DNA from: an uncultured Nitrososphaerota archaeon
GTDB lineage: Archaea > Thermoproteota > Nitrososphaeria > Nitrososphaerales > CADDZS01
DNA length: 64,000 nt
NCBI GenBank assembly: GCA_963799845.1
Contig: CAWCYI010000006.1
Span: 896,001-960,000, forward strand
Direction of reading: 5' to 3'
The translations under genes were made by a program, and so were the position numbers. Positions 20,503-31,659 of the stretch are shown here, one piece after another (positions within the stretch are counted from its first letter, which is position 1; each line of letters opens with the position of its first letter). The notes under the pieces are model-generated. The model ran no database searches. It worked only from the letters and a program-made list of their open reading frames with translations, and was not told the DNA's origin.

Positions 20503-20711
20503 GTGACAACCGTAGCCGTAAGCAATCAACGCTGGAGAAGCTGAAGCGTATCATGAAACAGGAAGGGGCGAGCAGTTTGGATCAGACAATAAACGATCTG
20601 ATAGAGAAAAGCGAGGGTGTCCCAAAAACCATGTTTGGGGTTGACCGAGAAACGAAACTGAAACTAACCAGAAAGGAGTACGAAGAATTCCAGCGATCTC
20701 ATTTCTCTTAA
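20503..20711 (+). pseudogene. orphan VapB-like antitoxin, frameshifted; homologue of 1492-1692
   Basis: GASSLDQTINDLIEKSEGVPKTMFG versus KAKSLDETIRKLVEKAENVPETMFG. Confidence 0.7.
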
Positions 20712-20795
20712 ACGGAGGCGCGCCCTGCATTTACCAGATTGTGCAAGAAAGCCCATGTTTTAAAACATGGGATGAATTGCGCTTGAGAGAGTCGG

Positions 20796-22232
20796 ATGTC
20801 TCTCAAGAATGACGCCATACGCGGCTCGCTCAAGAAAACTAAGGAGAGACGGAGGACTCAAACCTGTAAGCAATACGAGCTGAAAATAGATACTTCCCAT
20901 CTCAGCGACAAGACACACAAACATCTCGACAGATTATTTCTCGAAGCCAAGTGGTTCTACAATCATGTGCTTGCAAACGGAAACATATTCGAGGCCGACT
21001 ACAGGTTGGGCGCGGTCCGTGTCAAGGCAAAGAATGGTTTCGAAACAAGAGAAATCCGATGCCTATCATCCCAGATGAAACAGGAACTCATCGACAGGAT
21101 GAGAGACAACATCAGATCACTTTCCAGGCTGAAGAAGAGCGGACACAAAGTTGGTGCGCTCAAATTCAAAAGTGAAATCTGTTCCATCCCACTCAAGCAG
21201 CAAGGGATGACGTACAAGATCATCGATAAGCACTACGTCCACATTCAGGGAATCAAGCAGGGACTCAAAACAAGAGGGATTTTTCAGCTTCCTGCGAGTG
21301 CCGATCTTGCATCCGCTCTTCTGGTCCGAAAGCATGGAGACTACTATCTACATGTGACGACATACCAGACTAAAGTAGTTCCGAAGCATCGGGAAGAAGA
21401 ACAGCCATCAAAAAGCGTAGGCATAGACTTGGGAATCAAAAACCAGCTCACGCTATCAAGCGGGATCAGAATCAACTACGAAGTGCCAATAACAGACCAT
21501 ATGAAGAAGCTGTGCAGGAAGCTAAGCAGAAAGAAATACCACAGCCACAACTGGTGGAAGGCAAAAACGAAACTGGATAAAGCCTATGACGAGACGACGA
21601 GCGTCAAAAAGGATATCCAGAACAAGCTTGTGCGCGGACTCACAAAACAGTTCACAACGATTTGCTATCAGGATGATACAATCAAAGCCTGGCAGCGGAT
21701 CTGGGGAAGAAGAATCTTGAACACCTCGCTCGGCGGAATAATCAGTGCGCTTGAAAAGAAGGCACAAACGCCGAGGAAAGTGGATAGCTTCATTCCCACG
21801 ACCCAGAAATGCTCGCGTTGCAACGCAAGGAATCAGGTCACTCTTGCGGATCGAATCTATGAATGCACATACTGTGGTCTCGTAATGGACAGAGACTTGA
21901 ACTCCGCGATAAACATCGAAAAGGAAGGAGGAGTACCTATGGTGCATAGGGAATTAACGCCTGCGGACACTCTTGCCTATACTCTCTTGGAATACTTCAA
22001 CAGCATTCCACACATCAGAGCAAGCATGGTGGTTGAAACAGGAAGCCCTGCTATGGTCGTGGAGAAGCCCACGATCTTCACAGTAGTTGCGAATCAAGTA
22101 TGCTTTCCTTTCATGTCAAATGACTTGTTCATGATTAGACCGATGAGAAGGAGTTTCATTTGTATTACTTCCACCGATTCGTTCGGATGGAGCAGCTCTT
22201 GGTTGGCATTGTACATGACCCACGAATTGTAG
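20796..22232 (+). CDS. tnpB: RNA-guided endonuclease TnpB (native end KPTIFSRG* displaced by ISH3)
   Basis: VGIDLG, TTQKCSRC...YECTYCG zinc ribbon, DRDLNSAINI. Confidence 0.9.
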   Translation: MSLKNDAIRGSLKKTKERRRTQTCKQYELKIDTSHLSDKTHKHLDRLFLEAKWFYNHVLANGNIFEADYRLGAVRVKAKNGFETREIRCLSSQMKQELIDRMRDNIRSLSRLKKSGHKVGALKFKSEICSIPLKQQGMTYKIIDKHYVHIQGIKQGLKTRGIFQLPASADLASALLVRKHGDYYLHVTTYQTKVVPKHREEEQPSKSVGIDLGIKNQLTLSSGIRINYEVPITDHMKKLCRKLSRKKYHSHNWWKAKTKLDKAYDETTSVKKDIQNKLVRGLTKQFTTICYQDDTIKAWQRIWGRRILNTSLGGIISALEKKAQTPRKVDSFIPTTQKCSRCNARNQVTLADRIYECTYCGLVMDRDLNSAINIEKEGGVPMVHRELTPADTLAYTLLEYFNSIPHIRASMVVETGSPAMVVEKPTIFTVVANQVCFPFMSNDLFMIRPMRRSFICITSTDSFGWSSSWLALYMTHEL

Positions 22233-23256
22233 ACAAGACATGCAAAGAGATAGTAGAACAATCTTACCACGTAGTTCCTTGATGTTGTTTTTATCAGGAA
22301 TTGATTTGACATTCGGTAGCTTGTCTCTATGCCCCAGCGGTTCTTGAATAGCCTTAGGATTGTTTCAGCTTTGTAGGGAAGATTTGTTGCAAACAGGTAC
22401 TTGTAATCCTTTGTCTTGTCATATGCCACTACAACTTCAAACGAGGCTTGTTCAGATTCCCTCCTCCTGTGTCCGCTAGTAGTGTACGTGAACCTCCTAC
22501 CCTGCCAGAGCCTCATTTTCTTTGTCTTGTAGGTTGGAGCCATTCGCACGATGTACTTGAGTCCAGATTCCTCAAGAAATCTGAGTAGGTTTGTGTGAAA
22601 GAATCCGCCGTCAAAAACCAGATAGCGAATTCTTATTTTCAGCTCTTCTTGCAGTTTTCGGACAATTTGTGTGGTAGACGAGACAAGTTCCGAGCCTGAT
22701 GCTAATCCTGTAACAGCTACGATCAGTCTTTCTCCATCTGCTAGAACAGAAGCTGTAAGGTACTTGAATGAATAATTGCTTCCGTCCCTGTGCATGGTTC
22801 CAATGACCATCGGTGTTTCTTCATGATTACCGTAGTACATGACATCATGCAGATCCAAAGCGACAGGGACTGGTAGGCGTAATTTTCTTCTTTTTCTAAG
22901 ATCCTTCACATTCCCGTCTATCAAATTATCGAAGATTTGTTTGACTCTCGCTTCTCTTTGTGATTTAATGTACGAAAGAAGAGTTTCTGCAGTCGGTGAT
23001 TCGCCTAGAGATTTCGAAACACCTTCAGCAAATCCATTTACCAAGCTCGCCGAGATGAGCAGGTTTAGGTGTTCATTCTTGGAATAAATCGCTCTCTCCT
23101 TCAGCTCATATGTCAGCAGTCCTGAGATGTTTTTCTTTACGAATTCATACAGCTTTCTCGAATTGAACCTCAATTGGAACGTCGGAAACAAGCCCTAAGG
23201 CGGGCTGGCCATAATAATTGCGGCCGGAAATCGCCTAGATTCGTTCGCATCTACTG
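22081..23256 (-). mobile_element. ISH3 (IS4-like) element
   Basis: TIR CAGTAGTTGCGAA/TTCGCATCTACTG; 4-bp TSD TTCA. Confidence 0.9.
22094..23191 (-). CDS. ISH3-family DDE transposase
   Basis: VALDLH, VFDGGF, FKNRWGIETSYR. Confidence 0.9.
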   Translation of the reverse strand: MFPTFQLRFNSRKLYEFVKKNISGLLTYELKERAIYSKNEHLNLLISASLVNGFAEGVSKSLGESPTAETLLSYIKSQREARVKQIFDNLIDGNVKDLRKRRKLRLPVPVALDLHDVMYYGNHEETPMVIGTMHRDGSNYSFKYLTASVLADGERLIVAVTGLASGSELVSSTTQIVRKLQEELKIRIRYLVFDGGFFHTNLLRFLEESGLKYIVRMAPTYKTKKMRLWQGRRFTYTTSGHRRRESEQASFEVVVAYDKTKDYKYLFATNLPYKAETILRLFKNRWGIETSYRMSNQFLIKTTSRNYVVRLFYYLFACLVYNSWVMYNANQELLHPNESVEVIQMKLLLIGLIMNKSFDMKGKHT

Positions 23257-23420
23257 TTCAGTCGTGGGTAGTTCACTTTCGCAACCGTATACTTCGCCAT
23301 TAAGCGAATCATATGCGGTCGCAAATGGAGTCGCGGTAATACTAGTTTGGTTGAGGTTTCCCGGAACGAGTTTATCATTCTGAAGTAGTAGAGTGCTGCA
23401 ATCGTCCAAGCATTAAACGA

Positions 23421-23449
23421 GGGATTCGCACTCGAATTTACTGATAAAA
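23421..23449 (+). repeat. degenerate dispersed repeat copy
   Basis: GGGATTCGCACTCGAATTTACTGATAAAA. Confidence 0.7.
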
Positions 23450-23487
23450 CTGCGGAGTCTCCAAAGATCCGGTTTTATTTTTTCTCC

Positions 23488-24639
23488 TCAAGTAGGATAC
23501 CTGAGGACTCTATTGTTGGCAGAATCCGCGACCCAGAGGGCCCCCACCGGTCCGATCGTGACATCGGCTGGACCGCGCAACCCGGTAGGGGTCGTAGCGG
23601 CTATCTTAGTGGTCAAGCTCGTCTGCCCCAGTACGATGGAAGCTGCCTCACCTTCGACAAGCCCGCTTTTGACGGGATTGAGAAACTCCAAGACTCTGTT
23701 GTTAAAATAATCCGACGCCCAGACGTTCCCCGACGAGTCGATCGCGAGTCCCTCGGGAAGATTCATTCCCGTCGCGCTCGTAGCAGCTGTATTTGAAAAG
23801 AAGCTCGGCTGACCTAGCACTATGGAAGCGGCTTCGCCATCAGTGAAGCCAGGTCCCTTCGTGAACTGGAGGACTCTGTTGTTAACCTCATCCGAAACCC
23901 AGAGATTCCCGGCTGGGCCGAATGAGAGAGCATCGGGGTAATACATGCCGGTCGGGGTCGTAGCGGCTGTATTGGTGGTCATGCTCAACTGACCTAAAAC
24001 AATGGATGCTGCCTCATCGCTCTTGAAGCCTGCCCCCTTTACGAACTCTAAAACTCTGTTGTTAAAATAATCCGCTACCCAGAGGTTACCAGACGAGTCG
24101 AAAGTGATGTCAGAAGGACCATACATGCCCGTCGCGCTCGTTGCGGGTGCATTGGAGGTGTAACTTGACTGACCCAACACAAGGGATGCAGCTTGACCAT
24201 TCTTGAAACCCGTTCCCTTTACGAACTCTAGGACTCTGTTGTTGCCGGCATCTGCGACCCATACATTTCCTGATGAATCGAGCGCTATCCCGCTTGCATC
24301 CGACAATCCTGTCTTGCTAGTAGCCATTGTCCTAGTAGTAAATGAAGATTGCCCTAAAACGAGAGAAGCTGCCTGGCCAGTTTTGACGGGGTGAACGAAC
24401 TCTAGAACCCTGGCATTAGTATTATCTGCAACCCACACATTTCCGGACGAGTCGACTACAACATCCGAGGGATCGGACATCCCGGTCCTGGTCGTGTGGA
24501 CTGTCCCAGTAGTGAGGTTCGGTTGACCTAAAACAAGAGTGGCTGCCTCACCGTCGCGAAAGGCGAAGATCATCAGGGGGCTCAAACTAAGCAGGGCACA
24601 CACGGCAAAAACAGCAACTATGACGAAGCTTCTATTCAT
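23488..24639 (-). CDS. secreted NHL-repeat beta-propeller protein
   Basis: six repeats of GNxWVADxxNNRVLEF...ASxVLGQ; signal peptide. Confidence 0.9.
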   Translation of the reverse strand: MNRSFVIVAVFAVCALLSLSPLMIFAFRDGEAATLVLGQPNLTTGTVHTTRTGMSDPSDVVVDSSGNVWVADNTNARVLEFVHPVKTGQAASLVLGQSSFTTRTMATSKTGLSDASGIALDSSGNVWVADAGNNRVLEFVKGTGFKNGQAASLVLGQSSYTSNAPATSATGMYGPSDITFDSSGNLWVADYFNNRVLEFVKGAGFKSDEAASIVLGQLSMTTNTAATTPTGMYYPDALSFGPAGNLWVSDEVNNRVLQFTKGPGFTDGEAASIVLGQPSFFSNTAATSATGMNLPEGLAIDSSGNVWASDYFNNRVLEFLNPVKSGLVEGEAASIVLGQTSLTTKIAATTPTGLRGPADVTIGPVGALWVADSANNRVLRYPT

Positions 24640-24981
24640 TTGCGGATTCGGGTGCCCCTGGATTTGATAAACCTTACCAAAGTGCTCAGGGTAATTATCC
24701 TCATCGAATCCGGAATAATCCTGTTCGGGGACTTATGCGCGCGCGCGGTAGACTGGTTTCTAGCATCGAGGTAAATCTCTCGGAAGCATTGCCCATACTT
24801 CCTCTGCGGTTTGGGAGCCCTGCCTTTCATAGTTCGCAATCTACATAAGAAATGAGAGCTTAACTAGAATTCTTACTTTCATCGGTTCCAAGGGGTCAGA
24901 GCTTTCTTCGACACCGGCAATGGCGTTGCTTCCAGCTGAATACCATTCTATACTATTCAACCTCATTTAGAAAATGTGGTC

Positions 24982-27649
24982 TTACTCTATCGCTCTCGGC
25001 GTTGGCTTTCTTCTGTTGACGAAAGCAACTCCCGTGATTACGACTATAACGAGAACAGCTACCGCGATATAGACTAGCGCGCCTGATGACAGGCTTGTCG
25101 CAGATGAAGAGGGAGAAGTCGTGGAAGATGCTACGCTGGTGGAAACAGAATGGGATGTCGTAGTTATTGTCGAGACCTGCGCGGAAGAGGAAGACAAGTG
25201 TATCGTGCTTTGCGAAATTGAGCTAACCTGGCCGACATAAGTTCATAGACACCTGTTGGTCAGAAGGAATTTCTTCATGTCAAGATGCGAGCAAAACCTT
25301 CGCGTTCGATAGTATTCTGCCAGGATTGATTTCAGTTCTTTCAATGACGTCGGAAAGGTTGGAAGCCTTGAGAGATCCTTCTCACCCTCGCGCCAACACT
25401 CCTCCATCATGTTGAACTCTGGCGAAGCTGTCGGGATCCATCTGACTCTGAGAGTCTTCCTGTTCTTACCCAAATAATCAGTTACGATCCTGGTTTTGTG
25501 GTGTTGCCTTGCTTTGTCAAGGAAGAGATAGAGTGATCCAAACTTCCTGTGCACCTTCTTCAGGTAGTCGAGGAATGTCTCGCCATTGAATTTCTCGTAC
25601 TGCCTGAAGATTTGTGTCCCGTCCAGGCTGATCGCTCCAAACACCACGGTGTTGCCGTGCGAGCCTGACACAATCCGAATCGGTCGAATCCCTTTGACCG
25701 CCCACACCCTTTTGGTTTCTATGTTCTGGACGAAGATTGATTCGTCTTCGGATGCTACGGTGAAGCCTTCCGGGATATTCCTGAGGAGTCTTGCGGTCCT
25801 TTTTTAAATTCGAGCCTCTCTTCGAGGGAAGCCTTGTGAAGTAACCTCTTGTCAGGGACAATTGCTCTCACTCCCCACTTCTGCATCAACCTGTAGATGT
25901 GTCTCTCAGTGTATGCCACGTCTGCTTCCTTGCGGATCATCTCCCTGACCTCCTTCACGGTCCAGCCGCATTCGTTCTTCACGACCTTCCTCTTCACCGC
26001 AATGAACTTGTTGTGATCGAGCTTCGGAGGTCTCCCGCTCCTTTCCATCGTCTTGAGTCCTTCTAGCCCATCTTTCTCGAAACGTCTAAGCCACGGTGTC
26101 GTCCATGATTTGTGCCGGTGAACTTCCCTTGCTACGTGCGACGCCGGGACACCCTCGTACTTGACCTTCAGAACGAGGAATATCCTCTTGCTTACGTTTG
26201 CGTCCCTCTCCTCTCTATAAGCCTCTTCAACAATCTCCTTCGGTGCCTGTAATCGAGACATACAACCTGAGATAGGAAGGGAAGTTGGCCAAAAATGAGA
26301 ATGTCTAGGTCTGTGGCCCTTTCAGTCTAATAATTTATGTCGGCCAGGTTAGATTGAACGGCTGCGGTTGAAGTTGCGGAGCTCGTAGCTACCAGGTTCT
26401 GGAATTCTAACACCCTGTCGTTTAGAGCGTCCGCCACCCACAAGCTACCGGAGGAGTCGAACGCCAGTCCCGTGGGAGAAGAAAGACCAATCTGACTTTC
26501 ATTGTTATAGGCATACGATGTCAGGTTAAACGCGCCGATTGCCAGAGATGCATTCTCGTCGTTCTTGAAGGGAGGCAGGTATTCAACTACCCTGTTTGCC
26601 TGCGTATCCGAGACCCAGAGATTTCCTGATTTGTCGAAGGTTAGATCCTTCGGCCCATCGAGACTGCTCGCGTTGGGCTTAAGCGGGCTTTGTGCTGAGA
26701 AGAAACCAGCCTGCCCTAAAACTAGACTAGCGTTTTCGCCATTTGAGAAAGGAGGTTTGAACTCCAAGATCCGGTGTTCATACTGGGCGGCTATCCACAG
26801 ATTGCCTGATTGGTCGACTGCGATCCCTTCCGGGTTCGCGATTGAAGATTGTGTCACATTGCTTGCGGTTGATCCTGCGGAAGTAAAGTTCGGTTGACCA
26901 AGTACCAGGCTTGCGTTCATTCCGTCGGAAAAGGGCGGCTTGAATTCAAGAACCCTTTCAGCTCCAATATCGCCAGCCCATAGATCCCCGCTGTGGTCGA
27001 AAGCAAGGCCCGTCGGGGCTTCAACGCTGAACTGGGTCGTGTTGTATGTAAAATCCAGAGACGCTGTGAAATTAGGCTGGCCGATCACCAGACTCGCGTT
27101 CTCCGAATTCGTGAACGGCGGTTTGAATTCTAATATTCTCGCATTCCCGAGGTCTGAGATCCATAAATTACCGGAAGGATCGAACGCCATCCCTGAAGGG
27201 TTCGAGAGACTGGCCGCGGTCGGAGAGGCGAGGCAGCAAATCTGGGTAAAATTGAACTGACCTATTACGATGCTGGCATTTTCTCCGTTGCTAAACGGGG
27301 GCTGAAACTCTAGAGCCCTGCCGTTGTTGCTGTCCAGCACCCAGAGATTACCCGAGGAATCGAAAGCCACTCTTTGGGGACTAAATAATCCGGCCTGAGT
27401 GGACGGAGCAGGAGTAGAGTTTGCAAAAATGGGAGTAATGTCTGTAGTAAAATTTGGCTGACCAATAACCAATAAAGCGTTCTCCCCATTCCGAAAAGCA
27501 ATCGAGCGAAAAGGAACGAAACTGATTGTGAGAGTTAGAACAAGCAAGGAGAATATCAATATTGGAGGAAGGAGCTTCCTCTTGTATTCCATACCGATGA
27601 CCGGGAAAACGGCTCTTCTTAAAGATTTGAGTCTTGTAGAGCTTGTCAA
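24982..27649 (-). pseudogene. NHL-repeat surface protein with Ser/Thr linker and C-terminal TM anchor, split by IS630
   Basis: NHL repeats at 26352-27649; S/T-rich stretch, TM and RRK tail at 24982-25223. Confidence 0.85.
25226..26349 (-). mobile_element. IS630-family element, copy 1 (1124 bp)
   Basis: TIR ACCTGGCCGACATAA; TA duplication; HTH orf 25755-26261 and DDE orf linked by a TTTAAAAAAAG slippery site. Confidence 0.95.
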
Positions 27650-28366
27650 GTAAGGGAGTTATGTTGAAACGGAGAGAAAGACTCAGAGTTTGATAAACTT
27701 CACGTTTTACTGTCAGCTGCTAGAAGAACCTTTTCTCAAAAATCCCTCCATCTTCTCGATAAATTCCCTGGACTGAACATCCTTCGTCAAAACTATTGAT
27801 CGATCCTTGACCGTTACCTTGAGCTTGGAACCTGATCTTATTCCGGATCGCCGCCAGACAGTCTGAGGTAAAACCACTCTGTGTTTGAATCGAATTTGAC
27901 TGTCTCTCCCAAGATTCCCACTTCAGTTCCCACTGCAATTGATATATGCTCTATTCAGTTTATTCACTTGAGCTGGGAGGACGGACAGACTATCATTGAT
28001 GGCTGTCTCAAAGAATCCCGTTACTTTCAGAGGCTTTTTGATCGGATAATTTCTACTGATTCAAACACTAGTTCCCATTGATTCTTATATTGAAAAAATT
28101 CTGCCGTTTCGCAACCGCGCGTGTTTCCTGAGTGGTGAGCCACGTTCAAGCTCTGTAAGCTCAGAATCAGCTTGGAAAAACTCGTTTCCCAGCACAAGAT
28201 TAGACAAAACTAAGTTCAGTATCGAGGCATTCGCGCAAGTTTTCTCAGGAGTTGAGCCAGTCCTTTTGTCGCTCCTGAACTGAAGGTCTCACGTTCATGA
28301 GTTTCCTTGAAGGGATGAAATACGATTGACAACCATTAAATTAATGCAAATGGAATCCTTCGACAC

Positions 28367-28606
28367 ATGGCTCACAAGACCCTGAAGGTGCCCGGAGGTA
28401 GGCGTTTTACAGTCGTCTTACAAAAAGAAAGTGTCGGCGGGTATTCTGTGAGATGCGTCGAGCTTCCCCAGGCGATTAGCCAGGGTGAAACGAGGGAAGA
28501 AGCGCTCAAAAACATAAAGGAAGCTATCGAGCTTGTTTTAGAGCATCTGGAAGAGAAGGCGAGAGCCCAGAAGGGTAAACTCGAATTCGCAGAGATCGTG
28601 GTATGA
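28367..28606 (+). CDS. hicB: HicB-family antitoxin
   Basis: GGYSVRCVELPQAISQGETREEALKNIKEAIEL. Confidence 0.92.
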   Translation: MAHKTLKVPGGRRFTVVLQKESVGGYSVRCVELPQAISQGETREEALKNIKEAIELVLEHLEEKARAQKGKLEFAEIVV

Positions 28607-28616
28607 GGCCAGTCGC

Positions 28617-28832
28617 TTGTCCCTACCGGTATTAAGCTGGAGGGACGTTCTGAAGGCTCTTTCGAAGAAAGGCTTCAAGCCAGTCAGGCAAAAAGGCAGT
28701 CACATCATTGTGGAGAACGCAGAAGGCGAATTCACAGTCGTTCCAAGAAAGAACGAGATCAAACCAGGTACTTTGCTTTCAATAATTGAACAGGCGGGTC
28801 TAAGTAAAGCGGAATTCCTTAAGCTGATTTAG
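28617..28832 (+). CDS. hicA: HicA-family toxin
   Basis: KGFKPVRQKGSHII...IKPGTLLSIIEQAG. Confidence 0.92.
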   Translation: MSLPVLSWRDVLKALSKKGFKPVRQKGSHIIVENAEGEFTVVPRKNEIKPGTLLSIIEQAGLSKAEFLKLI

Positions 28833-28884
28833 AGATTGAGATAATCGAGAACACAGGGTTAGGGGTCTGCTCATCCTTTTGATG

Positions 28885-29668
28885 CTAAATGCCGTAAATG
28901 TCTCCGCATATACCGAGGAATGAGCCTGTTGCATAACTAGCCTCAACACAAATGTATGTCCCCTGGGCTCCACTTACGTATGTACGAGCGGTGCCTGAAA
29001 CAGTTGCTCCTGCTTTGATTGGAGTTGGCACTGTCACGGACATGGGAATCAAGCCGACTTGGTGTTCGGTGGCACTAAAAGATGTGATTGTCTGAGTACC
29101 AGTATTCTTGACTGTCATCTTCCCACTTTGTGTTCCCCAATAAGGGAGTGAACGACGTACTCCATACAAAATGGATTCCAGAAGAACTGTAAGATACGGG
29201 CTTAGCATTGTCAAGGACAGAACGGCACAAGTCCATAAGCCAATAGCCACTGTTGGAATATACCCCATCTACCTGTATTGCTGTTTGATTTGCTGGAAAC
29301 TCTGTAGATATGCAAATCTTGTACTACTGGTCTGTTTGAAGAATTTGATCGGATGAAGTAGAGACGGAACTACCACTTGTGATGTTGTAGCCCATGTCTT
29401 GGGAATAGGAAATACCACCTTGGCTATCAGTCGTATTGGTCAACTCGGCTGAGTTCAGGTAAGCCCATTTTGCTCCTGAATCAACTATTGTGGTTGTCCA
29501 CGCATACTGTGTCAGGGTGATTGTGACTGTTATCTGTGAAGTCTTGTCATTGTATGCACTTTCGGAAGGAAGGAGCGGGGTAAGAGCCGATGCAAGAAAC
29601 AAAACGATTAGTATTCCTGTTGTGTATTTTTTCATCGTTCTACTCGCATTCTTATCTCCGAAGGCCAC
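28885..29668 (-). pseudogene. secreted beta-rich protein, frameshifted
   Basis: signal peptide, then Thr/Ser-rich beta content across two frames. Confidence 0.45.
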
Positions 29669-30175
29669 GTAGGCTAATGAAAAGGTTGATGTTCAAGGCT
29701 ATTTGCTCGTAGTAGTTTTACTGAAGCGTTGCGATCGGAGACCTAATCATATCTCTAAGCGAAGTTCAGAGATACATTACTTGGAGCGGAAGGATGATTA
29801 TAATGGTGGGCTACAAACGCCTACTGATCCTGTCAAATCAATGTCTTGTATGTTCGCGCCTGATGCTACGATATAGTTAGGACTCCCGCATACCGCATTT
29901 TCAAGATTGGCATGCTGCATGTTTGCTCGATCTGGATGAGGAACCGTTTGAGCCAAAATTTATCCGAATCCCCAGAGACTAGATGCACGTCTCGTGAGCG
30001 AGGACGTTGCGAAAAAAGAGCGTGCACCGCAAGAGGCCTGGCGTCGCAACACTGGTAAGCGAGTGGCTCGATAGAGTCGTAGAGTGGATGCGAAATCGTC
30101 GCTGAGAATTGGAATTTCAAAATGTTTAGTTTAGTGATAGTGTTGGAGTCGTCAAAAAAGACTCCGAGCGATGAT

Positions 30176-30799
30176 TCAATTTATCGTCAGAGGCTTAGCT
30201 TTCAACAGTTTTCCGTGACTGACGAAGAGAAGCCTCACGGCGCCCATCGCAATATTGTTCTCCAAGACTTCGAGCCCGTAGGCAGAAAGGAGACCGCGCC
30301 AGTACTCTACAAGACAAGTTAGGAGTTCGACAGAAAACGATGCAACGACGTTGACCGCAAAAACCTGATCTTCTTGCCGAGAGGTCGGTGCTCTTTCCAC
30401 CATTTCGATCCTCCCTATATTGAAAGATTGCTTGAGTTGCGCTGCGAGGCTCACGACGTCTTCGATGGCCGGGAAACAGATTTGCAGATACACTCCAAAG
30501 TTGTACCCCGCCTCTCTCCACATCTGTGAAAACTTTTCAGGCTGGAGCATCCCAAACTGTCGAACGAGTTGCTCCATCAAGTTTCGTCCGACCCACTGGA
30601 AAGCACCGACATCTTTTCCTATGCGGTTCATCTCCCAAGCTCCATAGATTTCTTCTGGTTGTCCACCCTTCTCACAGATTTTCAAAGCTGCCCCCAGACA
30701 CTCGTTTGCGAAAGCGTACGAAGTCTTGTCGTCTCGTGCTGCCAACCTGCTCAATTCTTCTGCGATTTCTTCACTAACTGCTATGTTGGATCTTCCCAT
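30176..30799 (-). CDS. hypothetical protein with N-terminal RHH-like segment
   Basis: MGRSNIAVSEEIAEELSRLA; 207 aa. Confidence 0.6.
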   Translation of the reverse strand: MGRSNIAVSEEIAEELSRLAARDDKTSYAFANECLGAALKICEKGGQPEEIYGAWEMNRIGKDVGAFQWVGRNLMEQLVRQFGMLQPEKFSQMWREAGYNFGVYLQICFPAIEDVVSLAAQLKQSFNIGRIEMVERAPTSRQEDQVFAVNVVASFSVELLTCLVEYWRGLLSAYGLEVLENNIAMGAVRLLFVSHGKLLKAKPLTIN

Positions 30800-30938
30800 T
30801 GACCCTCGAAATCAGGTAAGCTAGACTCTGATTTAGGCTTTCATCTGATCGTAGATGTTTGTAGACATTCATCTACGTTTCAACAGTCCGGGAGAAATAC
30901 CCGTTGCAAGGAACTTTGCAGATTGCTGAGTTTTCTGA

Positions 30939-31262
30939 TTGAATAGGATCGATGAAGCGTTCAAGAACGCGGTCTCCAGATACATCAATGTGGTTTTGGG
31001 TACTTCAGGCGAGAAGGTGTTGTTTTCGATTCTCAAAAAGGACTATGGTGCAAACATAGAGGAAGTTGCTGAAAATCCAGAATTGTTGGTAACGGCAATC
31101 GAGAGATTGTTGGGCCCGGCCGGGCGAGATTTGTTGGTAAGATTGGTCTCGGACGAACTCGTCAAGGAATTCGATTTACCCAAATCCCCAGGAGAAGGCA
31201 ACAAAAAGCTATCCGAAATCTTGAGAGAAGCACACCAGAAAGATTCTCCAACTAAAAGCTAG
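30939..31262 (+). CDS. small helical protein (DUF3227/NitrOD5-like)
   Basis: VLGTSGEKVL...PELLVTAIERLLG; divergent from 30799. Confidence 0.5.
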   Translation: MNRIDEAFKNAVSRYINVVLGTSGEKVLFSILKKDYGANIEEVAENPELLVTAIERLLGPAGRDLLVRLVSDELVKEFDLPKSPGEGNKKLSEILREAHQKDSPTKS

Positions 31263-31465
31263 ATGTTATTCAGAACAATATTGTCCTGGCCACAGCATGG
31301 GAAAAGTGCGACGAATTAGAAGACCACCCCAAATCGATCGCATCTGGCGATTGTTTAGGCTCGTCCTAAAAAAGAGGTTCCGAACCTATTTCAGTCCGAA
31401 TCCCCAGCGGGCATGAAAATCTTAGATTAGCCTCTCCCCTCCAGCAAGAGACAGCTGGAGTTGTG

Positions 31466-31618
31466 GTCATGGATCCCCGCAGCCTTCGAATCTCTTGTGC
31501 CTTGTGCATGTTCCCCAGCATGGCTGCACAGTCATCGTCACAATTGACGATGATCGAAACGACCGGCCCGCTTGTCCATAATGGACGTACGGGAGATTGT
31601 CGGTCTGGGATCCATGAC
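31466..31618 (+). ncRNA. predicted bridge RNA of IS110-B (left non-coding end)
   Basis: 12-bp closing stem; target loop CGAATCTCT/TCCCCAG; donor loop GCCCGCT/ACGGGAG matching the element's own junctions. Confidence 0.85.
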
Positions 31619-31659
31619 GCAAACAACCAGTCAAACAATAGGAGTATGAATCGAAACCA

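Larger units (their letters stand above)
20734..23276 (+). mobile_element. IS200/IS605-family tnpB-only element interrupted by ISH3
   Basis: LE hairpin CCCATGTTT/AAACATGGG; RE GAAGCCCACGATCTTCA|GTCGTGGGTAGTTCAC split by ISH3; exact left boundary uncertain. Confidence 0.8.

Noticed and set aside
23488-27649. Tandem DNA repeats of about 170-180 bp
   Set aside because: They are explained by NHL beta-propeller protein repeats.
28107-28117. 11-nt match (TTTCGCAACCG) to the predicted TnpB guide at 23277
   Set aside because: The match is short, lacks the sequence found left of the element, and is compatible with chance.
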